64,000 nucleotides of DNA from Bacilli bacterium (GCA_045118975.1 JBGVCT010000016.1:28199-92198), one strand, 5' to 3'. Shown: positions 10,649 through 21,777, numbered from the stretch's first letter. The notes: generated from the sequence alone by a model not told the origin. Made by a program: numbers and translations.

Positions 10649-11877
10649 TGGCAAAAGAAATTAATGAAGAATTAGATGAGATAACTCTTGAGGGCGTTAG
10701 AAAAGAGTTAGAAAAAAATGCCAAGAAAAGTGGAAATTTCTTAACTTATGAAGAAATTGTTGAGGCAGTAGGACCATTAGATTTAGATGAAAAAGAATTA
10801 GAAGATTTTGTAAATTATTTCAAAAACAAGAAAATTGAAGTGGTTGTAGAAAATGATTCTAGTGATGATTTAGATGATATTGATATTAGTGATATCGATC
10901 TAGAGAATTTTAATGAAGATGATGTTATAGAAGATGAAGATGATATTTTCCTTGATGAAGATTTATTGAAAACAGAGGAAGATGCCTTAAAGGATATCGA
11001 TATTAGTAATGACATTATCATCACAGGAAATGTTAAAATTAATGACCCTGTTAAAATGTATCTTAGAGAAATTGGTAAAGTTCCTCTTTTGACTAAAGAA
11101 AGAGAAGTTTACTTGTCAAATAGAATTATTGCAGGAGATGAGGCTGCTAAGCAAGAACTTGTACAGGCTAACCTTAGACTTGTAGTAAGTATTGCTAAGA
11201 AATATTTAGGTAGAGGTATGTTATTCTTGGACTTGATTCAAGAAGGTAACTTAGGTCTTATAAAAGCTAGTGAAAAGTTTGATCCTACTAAAGGATTTAA
11301 ATTCTCAACCTATGCTACTTGGTGGATAAGACAAGCAATAACTAGAGCAATTGCCGATCAAGCAAGAACAATAAGAATTCCAGTACATATGGTTGAAACA
11401 ATCAATAAGATGACTAGAGTTCAAAGACAATTAGTTCAAAAATTAGGTAGAGAACCATCACCTGAGGAAGTTGCTAAGGAAATGGGTAATGGAATGACTG
11501 GAGACAGAGTTAGAGAAATTCAAAAATTATCTTTAGAACCATTATCAATGGAGAAACCAATTGGTGAAGAAGAAGATAGCCATGTTGGAGATTTCGTTGA
11601 AGATAAAGATACATTATCTCCAGATGATTATGCTAGTAATGAATTATTAAAAGATGAATTATATAGCATTATGAAAGATTTAACAGATAGAGAAGAAAGA
11701 GTTTTAAGACTTAGATATGGTTTAGATGATGGACGTCCTTGTACACTTGAAGAAGTTGGTAGAGAATTTGGTGTAACAAGAGAGAGAATTCGTCAAATAG
11801 AAGCTAAGGCATTAAGAAAACTTAGACATCCAACAAGAGCAAGAAGGTTAGGTGATTACCATGAATCAACAGATTAA
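10648..11877 (+). CDS. rpoD: RNA polymerase sigma factor SigA/RpoD
   Basis: [34 protein letters not shown] and TRERIRQIE motifs. Confidence 0.98.
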   Translation: MAKEINEELDEITLEGVRKELEKNAKKSGNFLTYEEIVEAVGPLDLDEKELEDFVNYFKNKKIEVVVENDSSDDLDDIDISDIDLENFNEDDVIEDEDDIFLDEDLLKTEEDALKDIDISNDIIITGNVKINDPVKMYLREIGKVPLLTKEREVYLSNRIIAGDEAAKQELVQANLRLVVSIAKKYLGRGMLFLDLIQEGNLGLIKASEKFDPTKGFKFSTYATWWIRQAITRAIADQARTIRIPVHMVETINKMTRVQRQLVQKLGREPSPEEVAKEMGNGMTGDRVREIQKLSLEPLSMEKPIGEEEDSHVGDFVEDKDTLSPDDYASNELLKDELYSIMKDLTDREERVLRLRYGLDDGRPCTLEEVGREFGVTRERIRQIEAKALRKLRHPTRARRLGDYHESTD

Positions 11878-12541
11878 ACTATCAGACAGATTAACAGCAA
11901 TATATGATATGGTGTCTTTCAATAATGTAGTTGCTGATATTGGAAGTGACCATGCTTTATTACCAATAGCATTAGTTAGTAGTGGTAAAGTTACTAGAGC
12001 ATATGCAGTTGAGGTAAATGAAGGGCCTTATGATATGACTGTAAAAAATATTGCTAAGTATAATGTAGAGAATTATATTACTCCAATGTTAAGTGATGGT
12101 ATTAGTGAATTAGAAGTCGATGTTAATACTATTACTATTTGCGGTATGGGAGGAAATCTAATTGTAGATATCCTAGATTCTAATAAGGATAAATTAGAGC
12201 ATGTAAATGAACTTATTTTACAACCTAATAATAATGAAGAGACTGTACGTATTTGGTTAGTAAACAATGGATTTGATATTGATAAGGAAGTTATCGTATT
12301 TGAAGATGGAGTTTACTATGAAGTTATTAAAGGTGTAAAAAGAGAAATTGCAAGAAGATATACTAAAGAAGAATTATATTTTGGACCTATTTTATTAGCT
12401 AATAAGGGTGAAAACTTTAATAATAAATGGGTTAAATATAGAGATTATTTGAAGAGCGTATTATCTAAAATTGAAAATAAAGAATTATCTAATTACAAAA
12501 TGCTAAGTGGATTAGTTAATTTAATTGAAAAGAATTTATAA
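11852..12541 (+). CDS. trmK: tRNA (adenine22-N1)-methyltransferase
   Basis: [16 protein letters not shown] and LILQPN motifs; rpoD-trmK synteny. Confidence 0.92.
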   Translation: MITMNQQIKLSDRLTAIYDMVSFNNVVADIGSDHALLPIALVSSGKVTRAYAVEVNEGPYDMTVKNIAKYNVENYITPMLSDGISELEVDVNTITICGMGGNLIVDILDSNKDKLEHVNELILQPNNNEETVRIWLVNNGFDIDKEVIVFEDGVYYEVIKGVKREIARRYTKEELYFGPILLANKGENFNNKWVKYRDYLKSVLSKIENKELSNYKMLSGLVNLIEKNL

Positions 12542-12566
12542 GAAGCGTTTTTGCGCTTCTTTTTTT
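12540..12566 (+). terminator. Intrinsic terminator
   Basis: AAGAAGCG/CGCTTCTT hairpin plus T-run. Confidence 0.7.
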
Positions 12567-12587
12567 GTGCTAAATTATAATTAAGAG

Positions 12588-13706
12588 GTGGATTGTATGA
12601 AAAAAAAGATTGCTAAAAGAATACTTTTATCTTTGGCTTCAATATTACTTGTCTTTGTTATTACTGTTGGATGTTATTTAGAATATGTAATACTTCAATA
12701 CTATAGAATTGAGGATAGAGGCGTACTTGAAATTAATGATAAAAATGAGAATGTATTAGCATATGGTGATACATTAACTATAACAACTTATAATATTGGA
12801 TTTGGGGCATATAGTAGAGATTACTCATTCTTTATGGATTCAGGATATATGAAGGATGGTACTTATGTTAGTGGTAAGTATGCTAAAGCTAGAAATGAAG
12901 GTGTTGTGAAAACAAACACCAATGGTGCTATTAATTCTTTAACTAATACAGAAAGTGATTTTATTTTCCTTCAAGAAGTAGATGTGGATGCAACTAGAAG
13001 TTATGGTATTAATCAATATGAAATGTTAATGGATAAATTTAATACTTATGATTCTGCATATGCTTCAAATTTCCACAGTGCTTATTTACTTTATCCATTC
13101 AATGATTTTATTGGGAAAACTGAGGCTGGTATTGTAACTATGTCTAAATATGATATAGAAAGTAGTGTTAGACACTCACTTCCAATTGATAATTCTTTCC
13201 CTACTAGATTTTTTGATTTAGATAGATGCTTTAGTGTTACTCGAGTTAAAGTTAATAATGGTAAGGAATTAGTGTTAATTAATGTACATTTAAGTGCTTA
13301 TGATGAGGGTGGGCTAATTAGAAAGGCTCAAATGGGAGTATTAAATGAAATATTAAAAGAAGAAAAAGAAAAAGGCAACTATGTTGTGGCTGGTGGAGAT
13401 TTTAATCATGATATAGTTGGCTCTATCAATACTTTTAAAACAGAGCAAAAAGTTCCTGAATGGGTTTACGCTTTAAATGATGATGATTTAGAGAGTGGAT
13501 ATAAGTTTGTTAGTGATACAGATACTCCAACTTGTAGAAGCACAGATATGCCATATACTAAAGATGTTAACTATACAGTAGTAATTGATGGATTCATTGT
13601 TAGCGATAATATTGAAGTTATTAGTGCAGATGTTAGTGTTGGTGATGATAATTTGTTCTTACACAGTGATCATAATCCAGTAACTATGAAATTTAAGCTT
13701 AAATAA
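12588..13706 (+). CDS. Membrane-anchored endonuclease/exonuclease/phosphatase family protein
   Basis: N-terminal TM; TYNIG, LQEVD, GGDFN and SDH motifs. Confidence 0.88.
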   Translation: MDCMKKKIAKRILLSLASILLVFVITVGCYLEYVILQYYRIEDRGVLEINDKNENVLAYGDTLTITTYNIGFGAYSRDYSFFMDSGYMKDGTYVSGKYAKARNEGVVKTNTNGAINSLTNTESDFIFLQEVDVDATRSYGINQYEMLMDKFNTYDSAYASNFHSAYLLYPFNDFIGKTEAGIVTMSKYDIESSVRHSLPIDNSFPTRFFDLDRCFSVTRVKVNNGKELVLINVHLSAYDEGGLIRKAQMGVLNEILKEEKEKGNYVVAGGDFNHDIVGSINTFKTEQKVPEWVYALNDDDLESGYKFVSDTDTPTCRSTDMPYTKDVNYTVVIDGFIVSDNIEVISADVSVGDDNLFLHSDHNPVTMKFKLK

Positions 13707-14046
13707 AAAAAGGTTTATAAGGAGAAGTAACATTTATATTGGTGTTAGTCTCCTTTTTTTTGACCTCTTTTGCTTCCACATTTATAACCCTGGTGTTGTC
13801 TGGAGTTTGTAAATTAGTGGTAGCTTTTTTGCTTCTTTTTAATAATTTACTTGCATTAGTGAAAAAACTTTTAGATGTTGACACAAGTGGCTTTACTTGA
13901 GTATATATGGGAATAATTTGATTTATTGTAGATACTGTTTTTTCTAGTCCAGTTATAATGGAACCAAAAGAAAATTTTGAGGTTTTAATTAAACTACTAG
14001 ATAGATTTCTTGTTATATAGGGATTTAGAAAAGGTGAGTTAAACAT
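13699..14046 (-). CDS. VrrA/YqfQ family protein
   Basis: LEKTVSTINQIIPIYTQVKPLV segment, C-terminal P-F-F, and position next to the DEAD helicase as in Bacillus. Confidence 0.55.
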   Translation of the reverse strand: MFNSPFLNPYITRNLSSSLIKTSKFSFGSIITGLEKTVSTINQIIPIYTQVKPLVSTSKSFFTNASKLLKRSKKATTNLQTPDNTRVINVEAKEVKKKETNTNINVTSPYKPFFI

Positions 14047-14144
14047 TTAATCGTCTCCTTATTAATTTAATATGCACTAAATTAATAAATGACACTAACA
14101 AGTTTTTATTCTGTTGATTAATTTATTATAAAATAATAAAATAC

Positions 14145-15521
14145 TTGTGTGGTGATAGTATGGAAATAAAAAATATTAATGCAAAGTCATTTGTTATAGA
14201 CACACTTATTAAGACAAAGGGATATAAAGAACTAACTGAAGTTCAAAAAAGAGTTATACCTTTAGCATTAGATAATAAAAATGTGATTGGTAAGAGTGCT
14301 ACAGGTAGTGGTAAAACTGATGCTTTTTTAGTTCCTGTATTTAATAAAATTGATGTAAGTGATGATTCTTTACAAGCAATTATTATTGCTCCAACACGTG
14401 AACTTTGCGCTCAAATTTATCAAAATGCAATGGATTATGTTAGTAATAATGAGGGAATAAGAGTTAAGTTATTTACTGGTGGATTTGAAAGAAAGAAAGA
14501 TTTAACTAGTGGTAATGCTCATTTAGTTATTGGAACTCCAGCAAGACTTAAAGATGTTCTTGTTAGTAATGGCTTGTTTGATGTAAGCAAAGTAAAGACT
14601 ATTGTTTTAGATGAGATAGATATGATCTTTGAAATGAAGTTTTTAGAGGATATAGATGTGGTTATGTCTCTTTTAAGTAAGGATGTTCAAACTCTTGCTT
14701 TTAGTGCTACTATAAATGGTCAACTTAAGCATTTTATAAGTAAATATATGCAATCAAAAGAGATTATTGAGATTGGAAAAAGGAAAGAAAGTAGTGCTAC
14801 TATAGTACATAATTGTATTCCTTTAAGAGGAAAGAGTAGGATTGAGGGGTTATTAAGTTTAGTTAGTAATATTAATCCATATTTCTGTCTTATATTTGTA
14901 ACTAAAAAAGAAGATATAGAATCTTATTTTAAAGCTTTAAGGGAAAAAGGATACAATGTAGGATTACTTCATGGTGATTTAGATAGTAGAAGCAGAAGAC
15001 AAGTAATGCGTAAGATTGAAAACTTTGAGTATCAATATGTCGTATGTAGTGATATTGCCTCTCGTGGTATTGATATTGAGGGAGTAAGCCATGTTATAAA
15101 CGTTGATTTCCCAATTCACTTAGAGTATTACTATCACAGAGTTGGTAGAAGTGGTAGAGCAAATGAAACTGGTGAAGCTTATTCTTTATATGATGAGAAG
15201 GATTTAAAGACTATAAGATTATTGATTGAAAAAGGACTAGAGGTTAATAATGTTGAATATAAAAATGGTGCTTTAAAAACACTTGCACCATTTGTAAAAG
15301 AAAAAAAAGCTAAAAAGGTTGATGAGACTCTAGAAAAAGAAATTAAAAGAATTGTTAACCAAAATAAGGGTAAGAATAAGAGAGTTACTCCTGGCTATAA
15401 AAAGAAGATGAAAGAACAAATTGATAAGGCTAAAAGAAAAAGAAAAAGAGAGATTATTAAAGCTGATATTAAAAAACGTCAAAGGGAAAGAGCAATTCAA
15501 AGGACTAAAGGAGAATTTTAA
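14145..15521 (+). CDS. cshB: DEAD-box RNA helicase (CshB-like)
   Basis: ATGSGKT, PTREL, DEID, SAT and HRVGRSGR motifs; basic tail; upstream of nfo. Confidence 0.85.
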   Translation: MCGDSMEIKNINAKSFVIDTLIKTKGYKELTEVQKRVIPLALDNKNVIGKSATGSGKTDAFLVPVFNKIDVSDDSLQAIIIAPTRELCAQIYQNAMDYVSNNEGIRVKLFTGGFERKKDLTSGNAHLVIGTPARLKDVLVSNGLFDVSKVKTIVLDEIDMIFEMKFLEDIDVVMSLLSKDVQTLAFSATINGQLKHFISKYMQSKEIIEIGKRKESSATIVHNCIPLRGKSRIEGLLSLVSNINPYFCLIFVTKKEDIESYFKALREKGYNVGLLHGDLDSRSRRQVMRKIENFEYQYVVCSDIASRGIDIEGVSHVINVDFPIHLEYYYHRVGRSGRANETGEAYSLYDEKDLKTIRLLIEKGLEVNNVEYKNGALKTLAPFVKEKKAKKVDETLEKEIKRIVNQNKGKNKRVTPGYKKKMKEQIDKAKRKRKREIIKADIKKRQRERAIQRTKGEF

Positions 15522-16381
15522 TGAAAGAATTAATTATAGGTAGCCATGTAAATATGTCTGGTAGTGAGCTTTTAGTTGGTAGTGTTAAAAGTGCACTTAG
15601 TTTTAATGCTAATACATTTATGTTTTATACTGGTGCTCCTCAAAATACATTTAGAAAACCAGTTGAGTCTTTAAGGGTAGAAGAGGCTAAAAAGTTAATG
15701 GAAGAGAATGGTATCGATATTAAGAATTTAGTAGTGCATGCTCCCTACATTATAAACCTAGGAAATTTAAAAGATGAAAATACTTTTTCTCTTGCTAAAA
15801 GTGTATTAAAAGATGAATTATATAGAACTAATTATATTGGTGTTAAATATCTTGTTTTACATCCAGGTGCACATTTGAATTTTGGAGTAGAGGAAGGTTT
15901 AAATAGAATAGTTGAAGGTTTAAATGAAGTATTAGAAAATGATAATAGCGATGTCACTATTTTACTTGAGACTATGTCTGGTAAGGGTAGCGAACTTGGT
16001 AAAACTTTTGAAGAGTTAAAGTATATTATTGATCACACAAACAAAAAAGAAAGACTAGGAGTATGTTTAGATACTTGTCATATATTTGATGGTGGATATG
16101 ATATTGTTAATGATTTAGATGGTGTATTAAAACATTTTGATGAGGTTATTGGTTTAGATTTGTTAAAAGTTATCCATGTTAATGATTCTAAAAATGTTTT
16201 TGCAAGTCATAAAGATAGACATGCAAATTTAGGAGATGGAAATATAGGATTTGAAACTCTAGCTAAGGTTGTATGGCATCCTTTACTTGAGGGGAAAATA
16301 AAGATTTTAGAGACTCCATATATTGATGATTTGCCTCCATATAAAGAGGAAATAGCAAGATTAAGAGAATATAATAAGTAA
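15521..16381 (+). CDS. nfo: Endonuclease IV
   Basis: HAPYIINL, HPG, LETMSGKG, DTCH and DRHANLG motifs. Confidence 0.96.
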   Translation: MKELIIGSHVNMSGSELLVGSVKSALSFNANTFMFYTGAPQNTFRKPVESLRVEEAKKLMEENGIDIKNLVVHAPYIINLGNLKDENTFSLAKSVLKDELYRTNYIGVKYLVLHPGAHLNFGVEEGLNRIVEGLNEVLENDNSDVTILLETMSGKGSELGKTFEELKYIIDHTNKKERLGVCLDTCHIFDGGYDIVNDLDGVLKHFDEVIGLDLLKVIHVNDSKNVFASHKDRHANLGDGNIGFETLAKVVWHPLLEGKIKILETPYIDDLPPYKEEIARLREYNK

Positions 16382-16618
16382 TTTATTTACTAATTGTTCG
16401 CACTTGCTTGCAATAGTTGTAGATGAAATAGTAGCAAGATTATTAAGAAGATAAATCTTGCTATTTTCATTTGCAAAAGAAGTGTAATTAGCTTTTAAAA
16501 AAGGTAGTACTATAGCCATTTCTTTGTAAGTGAAGTCAATGCAAAATTGTTTTGATATGAGTATGGCTTTTTCAATACTTAAATTTTTAATATAACTATT
16601 TATTAATAGTTGAATCAT
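16361..16618 (-). CDS. DUF2624/YqfT-like small protein
   Basis: Start re-called at ATG 16618 (RBS GAAGGTGA); MIQLLINSYIKNLS pattern; nfo neighbourhood. Confidence 0.55.
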   Translation of the reverse strand: MIQLLINSYIKNLSIEKAILISKQFCIDFTYKEMAIVLPFLKANYTSFANENSKIYLLNNLATISSTTIASKCEQLVNKLLIIFS

Positions 16619-16730
16619 ATAATCACCTTCATAACTATATGATTTTATTTTTAACATTATACCCTTTCTTAATTGAGATATAAGATATTTGCATGATAGA
16701 ATATAAGTGTAAAGTAGGGGTGAAGTATTT

Positions 16731-17357
16731 ATGAAGAAAGAAGAGTCTTTACAAAATGCATTCATAGATATGAGTTCTGAATTTTATGTTAATCATAGAA
16801 AAATTTGTCGTGAGATCACGACTATTTTTAATGATGAAATAGTTCATTTTAAGCAACTTTTATTAGCTTTTAATGATGAACATGCATGCTTGCAACCTGA
16901 GCAAATAGATGGAGTAGTTCAAAAAGTAAAAGAAATATTTAATAATTCAAGAGTCATACTTGTTGAGGATTATGAAGTTAAGTTTTCAGAGAATGTTGAA
17001 GAGTTAACTCGTTCTATGTATGACTTTTTTGTTAAAAAACTAAATAATAAGAATCCTAAAAATCCTTCAAGAGAGATTAATGAAAGATTAAAAGAGATGT
17101 GTAAATTTGATTGCTTTTTAATTGAGGATAGGATTGAAGATGATTTAATTGATTTTGCAGGGGATTTTGGATATAGATATATTAATAGTGAAGCTGCACA
17201 TGAAGACTTTAATAGAATTATAAGAAGTGTTAAATATTCACTTATATGTGACCTTAAAAAAGCAATAGCATCATCCATTGATGATAAGGAGAATATAACA
17301 AGTAGATATAACACTATTTATAAAGAAATTTTGAATCCTGAAAAATTAGCTAGATAA
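16731..17357 (+). CDS. Hypothetical protein
   Basis: 208-aa ORF with RBS GGGGTGA and a downstream terminator. Confidence 0.7.
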   Translation: MKKEESLQNAFIDMSSEFYVNHRKICREITTIFNDEIVHFKQLLLAFNDEHACLQPEQIDGVVQKVKEIFNNSRVILVEDYEVKFSENVEELTRSMYDFFVKKLNNKNPKNPSREINERLKEMCKFDCFLIEDRIEDDLIDFAGDFGYRYINSEAAHEDFNRIIRSVKYSLICDLKKAIASSIDDKENITSRYNTIYKEILNPEKLAR

Positions 17358-17381
17358 GACTCAAAACTGAGTCTTTTTTTT
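17356..17381 (+). terminator. Intrinsic terminator
   Basis: AAGACTCA/TGAGTCTT hairpin plus T-run. Confidence 0.7.
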
Positions 17382-17463
17382 AGAAAAATAAAAAAATATA
17401 TTTAGACTAGATATTTTATAAAAAGTATGCTATTATACGAGCGTTGTAATTGGAGGTGTAATT

Positions 17464-17613
17464 ATGAGAGAAAATATAATATATCGTTGTAATGAATGTG
17501 GTGAAGAAAATTATATAGGTACAAAAGATAAAAAGAAGCACCCAGATAGAGTAGAAATTCAAAAATATTGTAAGCGTTGTCAAAAGAAAACAGCTCATAA
17601 AGAAAAGAAATAG
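17464..17613 (+). CDS. rpmG: 50S ribosomal protein L33 (zinc-binding form); not in the ORF track
   Basis: Translates to MRENIIYRCNECGEENYIGTKDKKKHPDRVEIQKYCKRCQKKTAHKEKK; RBS GGAGG. Confidence 0.95.
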   Translation: MRENIIYRCNECGEENYIGTKDKKKHPDRVEIQKYCKRCQKKTAHKEKK

Positions 17614-17670
17614 TCCTTTTTTGGACTTTTTTTATTACCTTGAATGTTATAATAGGCAAGGAGGGATTTT

Positions 17671-18279
17671 ATGGAAGTTAAGATATTTAAATCAGGGTTA
17701 CTACAAACTAATACATATCTTGTTATCAAAGAAGATAATTGTTTAGTTATTGATCCAGCATTTGCTTATGATAAAATAACTCAATATGTTGATAAGCATA
17801 AACTTAGGATGCTTGGTGTATTATTAACTCATGGACATTTTGACCATATAGCAGATGCCTCAGATATTGCGAATAAATATAATTGTAAAATATACATTGG
17901 TAAAAAAGATTTAGATATGATTTTTGACTCTACCTTAAATGGTTCTAAAAAGTATTTAAGAAAAGATATAGTTATCCCATCTTCTAGAGTTGCGGCTTTT
18001 GATAAGGAAATAATAATGAGGTTAGATAACTTGCTTGTAGATGTTTTATTTACTCCAGGGCATAGCAAAGGATCTTGTTGTTATAGGATTGGAAATGAAC
18101 TATTTAGTGGAGATACCTTGCTTGAGGATGGTTTTGGTAGAGTTGATTTATATGGTGGTAGCCAAGATGAACTTGATAAGAGTTTAAAATATATTTTTAG
18201 TTTAAATAATGATACAATTGTTTTTCCAGGACATGGTGATGACACTACAATTGGGGAAGAAAGACAAAGGTATATATAA
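17671..18279 (+). CDS. MBL-fold metallo-hydrolase
   Basis: THGHFDH, TPGHS and PGHG motifs. Confidence 0.92.
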   Translation: MEVKIFKSGLLQTNTYLVIKEDNCLVIDPAFAYDKITQYVDKHKLRMLGVLLTHGHFDHIADASDIANKYNCKIYIGKKDLDMIFDSTLNGSKKYLRKDIVIPSSRVAAFDKEIIMRLDNLLVDVLFTPGHSKGSCCYRIGNELFSGDTLLEDGFGRVDLYGGSQDELDKSLKYIFSLNNDTIVFPGHGDDTTIGEERQRYI

Positions 18280-18304
18280 TATATAAAAGTAAATACTATT
18301 ATTA

Positions 18305-18670
18305 GTGATGAATATGAAAAACATAATTTATGTGTTGCTAGTAATAGTATTTTTTAATTGCTCTTTTTTAACTCTTTATTATCTTAAGATATTTTCTAAT
18401 TTAGGATTAAATAATTTATTTTTAATAAATATTGGTGTTTTGTTTGTTAGTTATTTATATTCGCTTATTTACTATAGATTTTTCTTGCTCAAATTTAACT
18501 TTATTTTTATTTCTTTTGTTGGGGGAATTTTGGGTTTGGTATCTCTTTTGTTTTTTAAAAACATGAATTTAGAAGAAACTTTGTTTATAGTTACATTTTC
18601 TTCCTTTGCTCTTACCTTTTTAAGCTATAGCATTTATTTTGAAAATAAAAAAGAGCTTGTGTTTAAATAG
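18305..18670 (+). CDS. Hypothetical membrane protein
   Basis: About four hydrophobic segments; very AT-rich. Confidence 0.5.
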   Translation: MMNMKNIIYVLLVIVFFNCSFLTLYYLKIFSNLGLNNLFLINIGVLFVSYLYSLIYYRFFLLKFNFIFISFVGGILGLVSLLFFKNMNLEETLFIVTFSSFALTFLSYSIYFENKKELVFK

Positions 18671-18698
18671 AAAAAATTAGTAAAGAATATAAATAGAG

Positions 18699-19109
18699 GT
18701 GATATTTATCAAAAATAATCCAATTAATAGTTTACTTGATATTTCTTTAGATAACATTGCTAGAATGGTGGATATAAATAAGGTGATAGGGACTCCAATG
18801 AGGGTTGGGGAAGATGATGTTGTTATTCCGGTTTCTAGAGTTGTTTTTGGCTTTGGTGCTGGTGGTAGTGAATTTAGCACAAAAAGCGCTAGTAAAGCTT
18901 ATGATTTAGAACTTAGTGAGGAACTATTTCCTTTTGGTGGAGGAAGTGGAGGGGGAATTAATATTGCACCTGTTGCTTTTTTACATATAAAGAAAGGGAA
19001 TATGGAAATATTGAATATTAATAAAGATTCTTCCATTTTAGATAAGATGTTTGAAATAGGTAAAGATTTATTAATAAATGAACCTGGTTTAGATAGTAAA
19101 AAGAAATAA
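18699..19109 (+). CDS. ytfJ: GerW/YtfJ family sporulation protein
   Basis: VIPVSRVVFGFGAGGSEF and PFGGGSGGG..IAPVAFL motifs. Confidence 0.9.
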   Translation: MIFIKNNPINSLLDISLDNIARMVDINKVIGTPMRVGEDDVVIPVSRVVFGFGAGGSEFSTKSASKAYDLELSEELFPFGGGSGGGINIAPVAFLHIKKGNMEILNINKDSSILDKMFEIGKDLLINEPGLDSKKK

Positions 19110-19167
19110 ACATTCTTGAATATTTATCTCATATTAATTAAAATGTATAGGTAAATATTTAGGGGGA

Positions 19168-20361
19168 ATGAAAATGACAAAAATAATGGCTGTTAATGCA
19201 GGAAGTTCGTCTTTAAAATTCCAATTATTTGCTATGCCAGAAGAGAATGTTTTAGTATCTGGAGTAGTTGAAAGAATCGGATTTGAAGATGCATATTTTA
19301 CTATCAAGGTAAATGGAGAAAAAAATAAAAGTGTATTACCAATTAAAGATCATAAGCAAGCTGTAGAAATGTTACTTGCTGCTTTAATTGATTATAAAAT
19401 AGTTGAAACTTTAGATGAGATTAAGGGTGTTGGACACAGAGTAGTAAATGGTGGAGACTTATTCCCTGAATCAATTAAAGTTGAAGGCGATGTAATTGCT
19501 AGATTAGAGACTATCAATGATTTAGCACCTTTACATAACCCACCTGCAATTGTAGGTTATAGAGCATTTGCTAGTGCTTTACCAGAGGCTGGACATGTAC
19601 TAGTATTTGATACATCTTTCTATGTAAATATGCCAGAAGTATCATATATTTATCCAGTACCATATGAATGGTATACAGAATACTCAGTAAGAAAGTATGG
19701 AGCTCATGGTACTAACCATAAGTTTATCGCTAAAGAAGCTAGAAATTTCTTAAATCTTGGTGAAGATGCTAAGATTATTACTTGTCATATTGGTAATGGT
19801 GCTTCAATTAGTGCTATTAAAGGAGATAAGTGTATAGATACATCTATGGGATTAACTCCATTAGCTGGTGTTATGATGGGTACTAGAAGTGGAGATATTG
19901 ATCCTGCTGTTATTAAATACATTTGTGAACAAACAGGTAAGAGTGTAGCTGAGGTAACTAATGATTTAAATAAGAAATCAGGATTACTTGGTGTAAGTGG
20001 TGTTAGTAGTGACTCTAGAGATGTAGAAAATGCTGCTAATGAGGGAAATAAGAGAGCAATTTTAGCTCAACAGCTTCAAATTAAGACAATTCTAGATTAC
20101 ATTGGTAGTTATTATGTAAGACTAGGAGGATGCGATGCAATTGTATTCTCTGCAGGACTTGGAGAAAATAATATTGCTATGAGAAAGGCAATTTGTGAAA
20201 ATCTTAATGCTTCATTAGGAGTAGTTGTTGATGATGAAAGAAATAATGTAAGAGGAGAAACTAGAGTAATTAGTGCCGATGAATCTAAAGTTAAGGTTAT
20301 GATAATTCCTGCTAATGAAGAGTTGGTAATTGCTAGAGACACTGCTAGATTATTAGGCTAA
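19168..20361 (+). CDS. ackA: Acetate kinase
   Basis: NAGSSSLK, GHRVV, APLHNP, HIGNGAS and MGTRSGDIDP motifs. Confidence 0.97.
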   Translation: MKMTKIMAVNAGSSSLKFQLFAMPEENVLVSGVVERIGFEDAYFTIKVNGEKNKSVLPIKDHKQAVEMLLAALIDYKIVETLDEIKGVGHRVVNGGDLFPESIKVEGDVIARLETINDLAPLHNPPAIVGYRAFASALPEAGHVLVFDTSFYVNMPEVSYIYPVPYEWYTEYSVRKYGAHGTNHKFIAKEARNFLNLGEDAKIITCHIGNGASISAIKGDKCIDTSMGLTPLAGVMMGTRSGDIDPAVIKYICEQTGKSVAEVTNDLNKKSGLLGVSGVSSDSRDVENAANEGNKRAILAQQLQIKTILDYIGSYYVRLGGCDAIVFSAGLGENNIAMRKAICENLNASLGVVVDDERNNVRGETRVISADESKVKVMIIPANEELVIARDTARLLG

Positions 20362-20365
20362 TAGT

Positions 20366-21316
20366 ATGGATAAGTCTATAAAACAAATTTTAAATAAAAT
20401 TAAAGAATTTGATACTATTGTTATTGCAAGACATAAAAACAGTGATATGGATGCTTTAGGGGCACAATTTGCACTTAAAGAGTGGATTAAAATAAATTTT
20501 GCAAATAAGAATGTATATTGTATAGGCGAGAATCATCAAAAATATACCACTAAGGGGTTTATACCTCTTAGTGATACATTTGATGGTAATGGCCCTTTTT
20601 TAGGTATTTGCTTAGATGTTAATACTATTGATAGAGTGGCCGGAGAAGAAGTATTCAAAAATGCTAATTATAAGATATGTATAGATCATCATCATTATAG
20701 TGAGAATAACGAATTTGATTTAGTATACATCGATGATAAAAGTAGTGCATGTTGTGAAATTCTTGCTGATATTTTAATTTCATATAAAAAGAAGATGACC
20801 TCTTTAATATGTAAATATTTATATGCAGGATTATCATCAGATAGTGGAAATTTTTATTATCCTAGCACAACTCCTAAAACCCTTGAATTAGCGTCTAAAC
20901 TAATGAAAATAGGGGATTTTAACCCATATAATGAAATACATATGATAGTGGGTATGAGAACATTAAAAGATTTAGAAATAACAAATTATCTTTTTTCTAA
21001 GATAGTGTTAGATAAAGATGGTTTTGCTTATTTTGAAAATAGTTTAAAGGATTTAGAGAATTTAGCAGTTACTGCAAGTTTTGCAAATGAAAAAATTGCT
21101 GAATTTAATAAAGTAGAAGAGATTAAAATCTTTTTAGCTGCTAGTGAATGTGAGGATCATACATTTAGATGCTCTTTGCGTAGTAAGAATATTTCTATAG
21201 TAGAAATAGCAAGAAAATATGGTGGTGGGGGACATAATTTCGCTTCTGGCATCAAATCTGTATCAAAAGAAAATCTAGAAAAAATGAAGCTAGAATTGAT
21301 AAATTTAACGAAATAA
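20366..21316 (+). CDS. nrnA: DHH-family oligoribonuclease/pAp phosphatase NrnA
   Basis: DMDALG, IDHH, SDSGNF and GGGGH motifs. Confidence 0.88.
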   Translation: MDKSIKQILNKIKEFDTIVIARHKNSDMDALGAQFALKEWIKINFANKNVYCIGENHQKYTTKGFIPLSDTFDGNGPFLGICLDVNTIDRVAGEEVFKNANYKICIDHHHYSENNEFDLVYIDDKSSACCEILADILISYKKKMTSLICKYLYAGLSSDSGNFYYPSTTPKTLELASKLMKIGDFNPYNEIHMIVGMRTLKDLEITNYLFSKIVLDKDGFAYFENSLKDLENLAVTASFANEKIAEFNKVEEIKIFLAASECEDHTFRCSLRSKNISIVEIARKYGGGGHNFASGIKSVSKENLEKMKLELINLTK

Positions 21317-21379
21317 AAAATTAAATTTTGCAATGAAAAAAAATATTAAAAAAAGTATAAAAAAAATTGATATTCTGTG

Positions 21380-21408
21380 TTGACATGGGTACTTTTTAAT
21401 GATAGAAT
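21380..21408 (+). promoter_or_regulatory. SigA promoter of the tRNA cluster
   Basis: TTGACA-17 nt-TAGAAT with extended TG. Confidence 0.8.
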
Positions 21409-21428
21409 ACAAGAGCATTGCAAAAAAT

Positions 21429-21505
<77 letters not shown>

Positions 21506-21525
21506 TTAAATTTGTAAATGTATTT

Positions 21526-21601
21526 GCCAAGTTAGCTCAGTCGGTAGAGCAATCGGCTGTTAACCGATCGGTCGTAGGTTCGAGTCCTATACTTGGCGCC
21601 A
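21526..21601 (+). tRNA. tRNA-Asn(GTT)
   Basis: Anticodon loop CTGTTAA, G73 discriminator, CCA end. Confidence 0.97.
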
Positions 21602-21606
21602 CTATT

Positions 21607-21683
21607 GGCCTTTTGGAGAAGCGGCTTAACTCACATCCCTTTCACGGATGCATTCACGGGTTCGAATCCCGTAAAGGTCACCA
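21607..21683 (+). tRNA. tRNA-Glu(TTC)
   Basis: Anticodon loop CTTTCAC, CCA end. Confidence 0.96.
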
Positions 21684-21691
21684 TATTTAGT

Positions 21692-21767
<76 letters not shown>

Positions 21768-21777
21768 TTTTATTTAA

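Noticed and set aside
10840-11010. GAT/GAA-rich repeat tract in rpoD
   Set aside because: It encodes the ordinary acidic linker of primary sigma factors.
17416-17659. Two minus-strand ORFs of 60 and 65 aa
   Set aside because: They are antisense shadows of the clear rpmG gene at 17464-17613.
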